Origin: Acaryochloris thomasi RCC1774 | Lineage (GTDB): Bacteria; Cyanobacteriota; Cyanobacteriia; Thermosynechococcales; Thermosynechococcaceae | Length of the DNA: 32,000 nt | Direction of reading: 5' to 3' | Assembly (NCBI RefSeq): GCF_003231495.1 | Contig: NZ_PQWO01000001.1 | Location: 150,001 to 182,000 of the forward strand | Part shown: positions 15,471 through 23,958 of the stretch, one piece after another | How the letters are laid out: each line of letters opens with the position of its first letter | Position numbering within the stretch: position 1 is the first letter of the stretch | The notes under the pieces: generated by a model | The model's input: only the letters and a program-made list of their open reading frames with translations | The model's database searches: none | What the model was told of the DNA's origin: nothing | Translations under genes and position numbers: made by a program

Positions 15471-16685
15471 GTGATACCCACTTCTGCATACCTTCACATT
15501 CCATTTTGCCGGCGTCGCTGTTTTTATTGTGACTTCCCAATTTCTGTAATTGGCGATCGCAAACGGGGGGAGACCTCTGGGGCAATGGCTCAATACGTCG
15601 ATTGGCTCTGTCAGGAGATCAGGGCAACACCCAAAGAAGCACAGCCCTTGAGAACAGTGTTCTTTGGGGGAGGAACACCTTCTTTACTAAGCGTAGAACA
15701 GGTCATAACGCTGCTAGCGACCCTGCAGGACAGCCTGAATCTAACGGCGACGGCTGAAATCTCTATGGAAATGGATCCAGGGACTTTTACGCTGGCGCAG
15801 CTTCAGGGCTTTTGTGATGCGGGTGTCAATCGGATTAGTTTGGGAGTCCAGGCGTTTCAGGATGAGCTGCTGCAGGTCTGTGGCCGCACGCATACGGTGG
15901 CGCAGATTGAAGATGCGATCGCAATGGTCCGAGAAACCTGCGGCAACTTCAGTCTCGATCTGATTTCTGGGTTGCCGGGTCAGACGTTAGCCCAGTGGGA
16001 AGAATCTTTGAGGGTTGCGATCGCATCTCACCCCACTCACATCTCCACCTACGATCTGGTGCTAGAGCCAACAACGGTCTTTGGCAAGCGGTACCAGCCC
16101 GGAAGCCAGCCACTGCCCACCGACGATCACGCCGCCCAGATGTACCGGCTTGCCTCACAGCGGCTATCCGCCACCGGGTATCGCCACTATGAAGTCTCCA
16201 ACTACGCCCGCCCGAGCTTTGAGTGTCGCCATAATCAGGTGTACTGGCAGAACGAAGCTTACTACGGCTTTGGTATGGGAGCCACCAGCTACGTCAACTT
16301 CCAGCGCTTTAGTCGTCCCCGCACTCGTGAGGCTTATTTCACCTGGGTTCAGTCGCTAGTCGCGGCTCAGGGACAAATCGACTGTCCCGTCGATACCCTA
16401 CAGGATCGACTCCTAGAAACGTTGATGCTCGGGCTGCGGCTAGCGGACGGCCTCCAGATTGAGCCACTGCAGCAGCAGTTTGGATCATCGTCAGTGGCGC
16501 GCATTCTAGACTGCCTGCGATCCTATCCCGATTGGGTCGCTGTAGATTCTATTGAGGGGCGGGTGCGGCTCACGGATCCTGAGGGTTTTCTATTCTCAAA
16601 TCAGGTACTAGTAGCACTCTGGGAAGCGTTGAGTGACAACGAGCAAGATCCCAGTTTTCAAGCCGCACTCTACACTAGAGAATAG
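15471..16685 (+). CDS. hemW: Radical SAM heme chaperone HemW (HemN-like, oxygen-independent coproporphyrinogen oxidase family)
   Basis: It has YLHIPFCRRRCFYCDF (CxxxCxxC) and GGGTPS, and is about 400 aa long. The start is GTG. Confidence 0.85.
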   Translation: MIPTSAYLHIPFCRRRCFYCDFPISVIGDRKRGETSGAMAQYVDWLCQEIRATPKEAQPLRTVFFGGGTPSLLSVEQVITLLATLQDSLNLTATAEISMEMDPGTFTLAQLQGFCDAGVNRISLGVQAFQDELLQVCGRTHTVAQIEDAIAMVRETCGNFSLDLISGLPGQTLAQWEESLRVAIASHPTHISTYDLVLEPTTVFGKRYQPGSQPLPTDDHAAQMYRLASQRLSATGYRHYEVSNYARPSFECRHNQVYWQNEAYYGFGMGATSYVNFQRFSRPRTREAYFTWVQSLVAAQGQIDCPVDTLQDRLLETLMLGLRLADGLQIEPLQQQFGSSSVARILDCLRSYPDWVAVDSIEGRVRLTDPEGFLFSNQVLVALWEALSDNEQDPSFQAALYTRE

Positions 16686-16708
16686 CGTTATCCTTTTCGG
16701 AGCTGTCT

Positions 16709-17320
16709 ATGCCTTTAGCCCGAACGGGCGTGCTGGTAGGGCTGTTCGTTGGCCTCGTCGCGGTCGCCCTCCAAAATCAAAGCCCCGCGCTATCTCTGGT
16801 GTTTCTGGGGATGCGATCGCAACCTCTCCCCCTAGGCATCTGGCTCGTAGGCGCAGTTGCACTGGGCATTTTCATCGGTTTAATACTGCTTTTTCTGCTC
16901 AACTTTATCGGTACAGGTCCGCAGCCAACGCCCCGCCGTCCGCGGGCGAACCGCCAGCCAGCCAGCCGCCCGTCATCGACAGCCGTTCCTGACTGGGATG
17001 CTCCCCCCAGCAACGATTGGGGAACCAGTGATTCAAGCAGTGGTTCAGACTGGGGAGCGCAGCCGGCAAAACCACCGACTCCCCCTCAGCCCAACCTTGA
17101 TGACTTCAGTAGCGTTGACGAACAGCGCTACGCTAGGGCTGGCGGTACGGCACCTAGCACCTATTCACGCAGCGCTCAAGATCCGAGCTTTGCCCGTCAG
17201 CCCGGCCAGCGAGAATCTGTCTTCGAAGCCGAATACCGCATGGTTAAACCACCCGGCCAGGAACCGCCCTCGTCAGAGAATTGGGATGAGTTAGACGATG
17301 GTTTCTTTGAAGAAGACTAG
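16709..17320 (+). CDS. LapA/DUF1049-like two-TM membrane protein with a long Pro/Ser-rich acidic tail
   Basis: It has two N-terminal hydrophobic helices (VLVGLFVGLVAVAL and LGIWLVGAVALGIFIGLILLFLL). These are followed by a low-complexity tail ending DDGFFEED. Confidence 0.55.
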   Translation: MPLARTGVLVGLFVGLVAVALQNQSPALSLVFLGMRSQPLPLGIWLVGAVALGIFIGLILLFLLNFIGTGPQPTPRRPRANRQPASRPSSTAVPDWDAPPSNDWGTSDSSSGSDWGAQPAKPPTPPQPNLDDFSSVDEQRYARAGGTAPSTYSRSAQDPSFARQPGQRESVFEAEYRMVKPPGQEPPSSENWDELDDGFFEED

Positions 17321-17350
17321 GGCATGTGCCCTATCGGAATCCACCCATGA

Positions 17351-17752
17351 TCAGTGCGTCGAATTGTTCGCAAGCCAATCAGCCAACCGCTGCATACTCG
17401 TCTCCTGATCATCTGAACTTGCGGCAAGGTCCAGAAAGAAAGTTGCGGCCGCCGCCTCAAAAGCAATCAGCTCGGTACCATTGAGCACCATGAACATGCC
17501 AGCAGCCACCAAAGCAATCCGCTTGTTTCCATCAACAAAGCAGTGATTCTGGACGAATCCGTAGCCATAAGCAGCAGCAAGCCGGCAGAGAGTGACATTT
17601 TCACCATAGTAGTGAAGCTGTCTAGGCTTGTTCAGGGTAGATTCTAAAGCGCCTTCGTCAAGAATTCCACTCGCCCCCCCTGAGACTGCGATGATTTCTA
17701 CTTGAGTGGTCACGATACCTTTGAGGGTCAGCCATCGTGGCTCTAGCGTCAT
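17351..17752 (-). CDS. doc: Doc (death-on-curing) Fic-family toxin
   Basis: It carries the Fic/Doc motif HCFVDGNKRIAL (HxFxDGNKR). There is a 4-nt ATGA overlap with the upstream antitoxin gene. Confidence 0.85.
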   Translation of the reverse strand: MTLEPRWLTLKGIVTTQVEIIAVSGGASGILDEGALESTLNKPRQLHYYGENVTLCRLAAAYGYGFVQNHCFVDGNKRIALVAAGMFMVLNGTELIAFEAAAATFFLDLAASSDDQETSMQRLADWLANNSTH

Positions 17753-17970
17753 TTAGCTAATTCGATCAGAGCATTGCGATAACGAGACATTACTTTTTGA
17801 GCCGCTTCCATCTCCTCAGCAAACTCTGGATCGTAAGCGGATAGCTCATATCCTCTAGGGGTCTTAGTCAAATAGAGACTATCGCCGTCATCAACATTGA
17901 GACCTGCGGCCAATTCCTTTGGAATAATGACGCTTAAAGAGTTACCGCGCTTTTTTACCTTGAGTCGCAT
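17749..17970 (-). CDS. AbrB/MazE/SpoVT-type antitoxin paired with Doc
   Basis: MRLKVKKRGNSLSVIIPKELAAGLNVDDGDSLYL is a swapped-hairpin SpoVT/AbrB DNA-binding pattern. The gene is translationally coupled to doc. Confidence 0.8.
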   Translation of the reverse strand: MRLKVKKRGNSLSVIIPKELAAGLNVDDGDSLYLTKTPRGYELSAYDPEFAEEMEAAQKVMSRYRNALIELAK

Positions 17971-18284
17971 GAGGGAACCTAGGCTATCCGTTCCTCTATG
18001 TTACTACATTTGTTTATACAAGACTAATTTGCTGAGCGGATCGGCATCTCTCAAAGCAAAGGCGTTGCTGAACTCGGGGGTTCAGGTCTATCCCATCTGG
18101 GTATACTCAAGTCATAAGGGGGAATATGTCCGTTTCAAATAGCCAGTCATCTCAATTTATAGACCCGAATCAGGTGTGGGCATCTGGAGAGTGAGAATGG
18201 CTTAAGTCATAAAGCAAGGTAGCCAGACCATCAAAGATTGGCACCCTTCAAACCCTTATCCCGTCAGGTTGAGTGAGTAATTTC

Positions 18285-18965
18285 ATGGATACTGCGCAGT
18301 GCTATCGACTCCTGGAGCTAAAGGCCACCGCTAATCTAGAGGAGGTCAAAGCTTCTTATCGGCGGCTGGCCCGTCGGTGGCACCCTGACATCAATCCTGA
18401 TAGCCAGCAAGCGCACGATATGTTTATTAAGGTCACTCAGGCCTACAAAGTATTGTTGAAGGTGATTCCGCCTGTAGCGCAGCCAATTGTTCAGCCCGCG
18501 ACGGTCCAGACGTCTCGCTCTCCAGCCACTGTACAAACGCCCGTGAAGGTAACGGTGACCGCAACACGCTCTCAGCAGCCGACTCGGCAGCCAGTCACTG
18601 TCCCGAGAAAGACGGCTCCAAAGCCTGTTGAGCCAACCGCTCAGCCCGCCAGCCCACAGCTATCAGAGGCAGATAATAAGCTGAAGATCGGCTCCTATCG
18701 ACAACTGCAGGATCTGATCAAGCGTCAGCGCCTGCCCCGCGCGGTTGCACTCGTCGAGGCCTTAGGCAACCGCTGGCCTCAAGATCTAGAAGTGCGTCAG
18801 TGGCGAGCCATTGTCTATCAGCTCCTAGCAAAACAACTGATTCGGGAACGCAAGCTCAATCAGGCCCGCGCCTATCTCAAAAAAGCACTGAATACCGACC
18901 CCCATAACAGGTCCCTTTGGGCTGAGGTCGAACGAGACTTTCGGATACTCGAACAGGTTCTCTAG
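18285..18965 (+). CDS. J-domain (DnaJ-like) protein with a Pro/Thr/Gln-rich linker and a TPR-like C-terminus
   Basis: It has the J-domain sequence YRLLELKATANLEEVKASYRRLARRWHPDINP with the HPD motif. I prefer ATG 18285 over GTG 18273. Confidence 0.8.
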   Translation: MDTAQCYRLLELKATANLEEVKASYRRLARRWHPDINPDSQQAHDMFIKVTQAYKVLLKVIPPVAQPIVQPATVQTSRSPATVQTPVKVTVTATRSQQPTRQPVTVPRKTAPKPVEPTAQPASPQLSEADNKLKIGSYRQLQDLIKRQRLPRAVALVEALGNRWPQDLEVRQWRAIVYQLLAKQLIRERKLNQARAYLKKALNTDPHNRSLWAEVERDFRILEQVL

Positions 18966-18995
18966 CTTTATCAAAGGACTAGTAACCAGGAAATT

Positions 18996-19421
18996 TCAGT
19001 TCTGTACCCATCGCTGGTAGAGCTGCTGAATCGCCTGAGTGACCGACTTCACAGAGTCGCTGACGGGATGAGGATCCGCATTTTGCGGATTCAATTGCTC
19101 CACCTGTAGCAGCAGCTTTGCTTCTTCTGCGTCTACGTCGCCGTCGCTGTATATTAAGCCACTGAGCTCTTCTAGTAGTTGCTGACAAGCTTCTGCAGTG
19201 GGATGTGACCCTAAGTAGTCACCAACCCATTCGTAGCATTCTTCCTTAGAGACTGGGCGGAGACCATAGAGTAATGGCTTAAGTTCATGATCATCAGTCA
19301 CGCCCGCTTCTTGAGCGACTTTTTGTAGATACTTTTGCTCCTCGGGCTGAATTTTACCGTCTAGCCAGGCAGTGGCGACTAGAATTTTAATCAGCTTGAT
19401 CACAATGGGTTTCTCCAGCAT
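18996..19421 (-). CDS. TerB-like (tellurite-resistance TerB family) protein
   Basis: It has paired ..ATAWLDGKIQPEEQKYL.. and ..LIYSDGDVDAEEAKLL.. helices, which are typical of the TerB fold. Confidence 0.55.
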   Translation of the reverse strand: MLEKPIVIKLIKILVATAWLDGKIQPEEQKYLQKVAQEAGVTDDHELKPLLYGLRPVSKEECYEWVGDYLGSHPTAEACQQLLEELSGLIYSDGDVDAEEAKLLLQVEQLNPQNADPHPVSDSVKSVTQAIQQLYQRWVQN

Positions 19422-19547
19422 GTTCAGAATCCTCGCGAGCGGGAGGCTCTTTGCTCATATCAATAATGCTGAGCCAGATCCGATGGATGCCCGAGACAAG
19501 CGCTCGGGTTCTACCCCAACTTTATATCGTGTCACCACTTTTAGGGA

Positions 19548-20156
19548 ATGCCAAAGATTCAAAAAATGATTGCCGGGGTCGATGAAGTCGGTCGAGGTTG
19601 TTTGTTCGGTCCCGTGGTTGCGGCAGCCGCCGTTATCCCAGAGTCGCTCTGCGATCATTTACAAGCGCTGGGCATTACGGATAGTAAGCAGCTTTCGAGT
19701 ACCAAGCGGGCAGCGCTGTATGCACAAATAAAAGGACTCGTTCCTATCCGGGCGGTGGGTTTGGCTTCTGTGACCGAGATCGACCGACTGAATATTTTGC
19801 AGGCAAGCCTGCTGGCCATGCGGCGAGCCATTACTCGGCTCGATCCTGCCCCTGATCTTTGTCTGGTGGATGGCAATCAAAAAATCCCGCAGTTAGCCCT
19901 GCCACAGCAAACGGTGATCAAAGGAGACCAGAAGGAACTTGCGATCGCAACTGCCAGCATCATCGCCAAAGTCTGGCGAGATCAGCTCATTACGCGCCTC
20001 GCCCTTAAGTATCCCGGCTATGACTTAGCTGCCAATAAAGGCTATGGCACCCGTCGCCACCGTCAAGGCTTAGCGAAGCTCGGCCCCACTCGCCTCCACC
20101 GTCTGTCCTTTGCCCCTTGCCGCCTGGAAAAACAGCCTAAGTCACATACTCTCTAA
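19548..20156 (+). CDS. rnhB: Ribonuclease HII
   Basis: It has IAGVDEVGRGCLFGPVVAAA (catalytic DE), DSKQLS and KGYGT. The start could instead be ATG 19566. Confidence 0.9.
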   Translation: MPKIQKMIAGVDEVGRGCLFGPVVAAAAVIPESLCDHLQALGITDSKQLSSTKRAALYAQIKGLVPIRAVGLASVTEIDRLNILQASLLAMRRAITRLDPAPDLCLVDGNQKIPQLALPQQTVIKGDQKELAIATASIIAKVWRDQLITRLALKYPGYDLAANKGYGTRRHRQGLAKLGPTRLHRLSFAPCRLEKQPKSHTL

Positions 20157-22263
20157 AGTATTCATACACCTCAACGCCAGGGAGATCCTGCTTAAATTCC
20201 TTGGGCAACTTATATTCATCAGGATTAAACCGCTGACGAATCTCAACCGCATTCCTATAGTGCTTATGCCACTTCTCTAGCAGCACGATCACCTGTCTAA
20301 ATCGAGGATAGGACTGCTGATACCGATCGCTAAGGGCAACATATTGAATCAGGCGTGCATAGGTTTCAGGAAGCCGTTTTTGGGCCGGAATCCCCAATAC
20401 GCGACCCAATTTTTCGAAGCCGGTATATTGAATGCGAATCTGTCGATTGAGCTGTTCAATATTGCCGCTGTCCCCCTCTTTGCAAGCCTCAATCAGTTCA
20501 GCAGCCGTTTGCAGAATCGAATAGTCATCCTCTTGAGACGACTTGAAGAGGGTAAAAAGCTGAAAGCGCAACTTGTCTTGGCTCAAAAGCTCAATCTGAC
20601 TGAGATAGTGCTGCATCGCTTGTCTGAGCTTATCTGTCTCAATATCAGCTAGAATTTCTGTCGCCTTCTTATTGAGCGCAGCGACAAAGGCAGCGGGCTC
20701 TAGGTTGCGGTTGAATAGTCCCTGAACTGCGTCATAAATTTTTTGAGCGGCAGCAATTCGATATCTGGCCTCCGTGGTCTGGAGATCTAGAAAGATATCT
20801 TTAAACTCAATTCCAGCGGCCAACAGCTCAGCCGCTAACATGAGGCTGTTGCGATCCTCTGCGGTCCGCGTTAAATCACTCTGAACCTTTACAAAATCGA
20901 TAAACCTTGGATCTGAGAACTGCTGAGACTTTAGTTTTTGCACCTTGTTAATCAAAGTGGTCATGGAATCTATCACCTGCTGGTGCTTGAGAATGTCAGG
21001 CTCAGAAACGGTTTGCTGAGAAACAAGCCCCGCAATGCGCTCCGTCATGCTGCCCTTCCCCAAGATTGGCTTGTTCCACCAGGATTTTTTTTGCGGTGTC
21101 TCCGGCTCAGAAGCTTCAGGCTTAAGCACTTCAGCGGTTGTAGCTCGGGCTGATTCGGGCTGGGGGGAGCGGCGAGCCGCGACGGCGGGCTGGGCGGATG
21201 GACTGATCGACCCTGAAACAGCGCTTGGGGGCGACACGGTCGGCTGTGCGCCAGAGGGTTGTGCAGCAACCTGGGCGACGGAAGGCTGAGTCGTGGGAAC
21301 AGCAGAGGGCCATCCAGAAGGGGCAGCGACAGACGGCTGAATAGGAACAACTGCAAATGAATCTGCATCTGCAGGCTGGCCGAGCTGTTCGAGAGCCTGG
21401 AGTACCTCTCGGGCAGAAGAGTAGCGATCGCAAGTCGCAGCCGCCAGCATCTTTATCAGAACCTGCTGAAACTGGGGACTGACACGGAGCGTCTGCAGCC
21501 AGGGTTGCCCCGCTTGATGAGGGTTAAAATCCTTAGGCAGTTTCCCCAGCAACAGAAACACGCAGGTGATGCCCAGGCTGTAAAGATCGCTGGCGTAGAC
21601 GGGTTTTTTGGCGATTTGTTCAGGGGCTGCAAATCCCTTCGTACCCACAACAAAATCTGTTTTGCCTGAGGCTGGCGTGCTGTTATCTGCACCACCTTGG
21701 TCATTAACGACCCCGAAGTCAATCAGAATCAGCTTGTGATCAATTTCGCGGCGAATTACGTTGGCGGGCTTGATATCGCGGTGAATCACCTTTTGCTGAT
21801 GCAGATAGTCAAGGATCGGCAGCACCTCTTTAAGGACATCTCGCACCTGACCTTCTGTCAAGGGACCGGAGCGCTTGGCCTCTTTGTGCAGCGTATAGCC
21901 GCTGATATACTCCTGAACTAGATAGAACTCTTGCCCCATCTCAAAGTAATCAAGCAGGCGCGGAATTTGCGGATGGTTTCCAATTCTGCCGAGGGTTTCG
22001 GCCTCCCGCTGAAAAAGTTTCTGACACTGAGCAACGTATTGCGGTGTGCTCAAGACCGGCTTGAGCTGCTTAATCACGCAGTCGGGCTGACCCGGTAGCC
22101 CTTCATCCTTGGCAGAAAATGTAGTACCAAAACCACCCTTCCCGAGCACTCTGGTGGCTCTGTAGCGATCGCGCAGCAGCAGTTTTGAACCACAGGCGTG
22201 GCAATCCGCTGCCTGAGGCTTATTCTTTGGGTCCATGCAGTCAGAATTCAAGCAGTAGCTCAT
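20137..22263 (-). CDS. Ser/Thr protein kinase with an N-terminal 4-Cys zinc ribbon, a Pro-rich linker and an uncharacterised helical C-terminal domain
   Basis: The 4-Cys element is CLNSDC..x12..CHAC. The kinase motifs are the G-loop GKGGFGTTF, VIKQL, HRDIKPANV, DFG and APE. About 310 C-terminal residues carry no motif I recognise. Confidence 0.9.
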   Translation of the reverse strand: MSYCLNSDCMDPKNKPQAADCHACGSKLLLRDRYRATRVLGKGGFGTTFSAKDEGLPGQPDCVIKQLKPVLSTPQYVAQCQKLFQREAETLGRIGNHPQIPRLLDYFEMGQEFYLVQEYISGYTLHKEAKRSGPLTEGQVRDVLKEVLPILDYLHQQKVIHRDIKPANVIRREIDHKLILIDFGVVNDQGGADNSTPASGKTDFVVGTKGFAAPEQIAKKPVYASDLYSLGITCVFLLLGKLPKDFNPHQAGQPWLQTLRVSPQFQQVLIKMLAAATCDRYSSAREVLQALEQLGQPADADSFAVVPIQPSVAAPSGWPSAVPTTQPSVAQVAAQPSGAQPTVSPPSAVSGSISPSAQPAVAARRSPQPESARATTAEVLKPEASEPETPQKKSWWNKPILGKGSMTERIAGLVSQQTVSEPDILKHQQVIDSMTTLINKVQKLKSQQFSDPRFIDFVKVQSDLTRTAEDRNSLMLAAELLAAGIEFKDIFLDLQTTEARYRIAAAQKIYDAVQGLFNRNLEPAAFVAALNKKATEILADIETDKLRQAMQHYLSQIELLSQDKLRFQLFTLFKSSQEDDYSILQTAAELIEACKEGDSGNIEQLNRQIRIQYTGFEKLGRVLGIPAQKRLPETYARLIQYVALSDRYQQSYPRFRQVIVLLEKWHKHYRNAVEIRQRFNPDEYKLPKEFKQDLPGVEVYEYFREYVT

Positions 22264-22408
22264 GCTGCGATGTCTCTCAAATAATCTGGGCTGTGGTCAA
22301 TCCCCCACAAAATATAGTCTGCCCGCTCTCATGCAGCAAAGCACACTCTGTATTCATTCAATGTCAGATCCTTACTTAAACTGTAGGCCAAATGTTGAGA
22401 GATGGGAG

Positions 22409-23683
22409 CTAAGCCTGACGATACGACTCCTGAGACTGAGCGAGAAACTGACCCACTAAATAAAGCGAGCCACACAGCACCTTCGTCTCCACCGTTGAAT
22501 GCAGGGACTGCAGTCCGGCATCCAAATCAGGATAGATACAGCACTCTAAGGTCGGGCAAACTTCTAAGGCCAGAGTCTGCAGAGCTTGGGGGTCAGCACT
22601 ACTGTGCCCCGACACGGGCACAAGAGAGAGGCGGTCGCCCGGACGCAGCAGAGCAATCAAGACTTTGGCATGGTCTTTCGTCGAGAGCATTCCCATTAGC
22701 CAGTGGACGGGCTGCTCTAGGCTATCGACATACTGACGGAGCGCAATGGCTGCGGCTTCGTTATGGGCACCATCAAGCAGCAGTGAGGAGTTGTGCCACG
22801 GGACCCACTGCAGACGTCCCGGCCAAGTGGTATTTGCCATGCCGGTTGCGATCGCATCGTCTGAAATATTCCAGCCTTGGTCTCTTAGGGCCTTTAAGGT
22901 TGCGATCGCAACCCCCGAATTAATCAACTGCAAATCCCCTGGCAGCGTCAAATCGTAGGTAACACCCTCAGCTATCACCGTCTGCTGGCTCAATGACTGA
23001 GAAACTTTAGCCGCAGGCTGAGGCCACCGCGCCCTGCAGTTTAGCTCTGAAATCCGCTGTTGCACCACCGACTCTGCCGCCTCCGGAAGTGGCCCCACAA
23101 CGGCAGCACAGTCTTGCTTCAGAATCCCGGCTTTTTCATAAGCAATATCGGCCAAGGTCGGTCCTAGACGCTGCCAGTGATCGCGGCTGATAGAGGTAAT
23201 CACGCTCACCACAGGGGAATCGCACACGTTGGTGGCATCTAGGCGTCCCCCCAGGCCCACCTCAATAACGGCAATGTCAACCGGCTCAAAGCAGCACCAG
23301 GCGGCAGCGGTAATGACTTCAAACTGGGTCGGCATTGGTTCTGTCACAGCCGCTTCCACCCGCAGTAAAGCATCGTAGAGAACGTCTGCAGCAATGGGCT
23401 GTTGATTAATACAGATGCGTTCAGTCCAATCAACCAAATGGGGAGAAGTGTAGCGGCCTACGCGATAGCCCGCCGCCGTGAGCACCGATGATAAATAGGC
23501 GCAAACGGAGCCTTTGCCATTGGTCCCTGCCACGTGGATGATGGGGACGCGCTGATGGGGATGGCCGAGGGCAGCTAAGAGCTGATGGCTAGCCTCTAAA
23601 CCTAGATGGATGCCGAACCGCTCGTAGCGCTGCAGGAGAGCATGAATTTTCTGGAGAGCCACTCTATCGTTGTTAGGAACCAT
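22409..23683 (-). CDS. folC: Bifunctional folylpolyglutamate synthase / dihydrofolate synthase
   Basis: It has the Mur-ligase P-loop HVAGTNGKGSV, TSPHLV and DGAHN. Confidence 0.9.
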   Translation of the reverse strand: MVPNNDRVALQKIHALLQRYERFGIHLGLEASHQLLAALGHPHQRVPIIHVAGTNGKGSVCAYLSSVLTAAGYRVGRYTSPHLVDWTERICINQQPIAADVLYDALLRVEAAVTEPMPTQFEVITAAAWCCFEPVDIAVIEVGLGGRLDATNVCDSPVVSVITSISRDHWQRLGPTLADIAYEKAGILKQDCAAVVGPLPEAAESVVQQRISELNCRARWPQPAAKVSQSLSQQTVIAEGVTYDLTLPGDLQLINSGVAIATLKALRDQGWNISDDAIATGMANTTWPGRLQWVPWHNSSLLLDGAHNEAAAIALRQYVDSLEQPVHWLMGMLSTKDHAKVLIALLRPGDRLSLVPVSGHSSADPQALQTLALEVCPTLECCIYPDLDAGLQSLHSTVETKVLCGSLYLVGQFLAQSQESYRQA

Positions 23684-23958
23684 GAAACTGCTTGGATCAA
23701 CAGCGGATAGCTTTGTACTAGCCCCTTAACCTTCCTGCTGGGGCGAGAAATCTAAAGCCTCAGAACAGTTCACTCAACCTACCATCTCATGACATAGCCA
23801 ACGCAATAGGACCGTCTCTTCTCTTTCTTTATCTTCCTGAGTCACGACCTTACCTGCCATGTCGTCGAGCTGACATTCTCCTGTCACATTTGGCGATTAG
23901 AATCACCAAATATTCACTAAGCCTGAAATTAGCACCACTAAGTTCGATATTAATTGCG

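Noticed and set aside
15949-17294. Multiple alternative-frame and antisense ORFs (15949..16158, 15995..16192, 16081..16359, 16633..16992, 16777..17013, 16998..17294)
   Set aside because: They lie in a high-GC stretch inside hemW and the LapA-like gene. Their Arg/Pro/Ala-rich composition is typical of off-frame translation, while the hemW and membrane-protein frames carry real motifs.
21035-21433. ORFs in other frames within the kinase Pro-rich linker (21035..21289 +, 21045..21368 -, 21131..21433 -)
   Set aside because: Low-complexity GC-rich linker DNA keeps several frames open, and only the kinase frame is contiguous with recognisable domains.
22402-22958. 173-aa and 70-aa + strand ORFs opposite folC
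   Set aside because: They are antisense to a well-supported folC frame and have no motifs.
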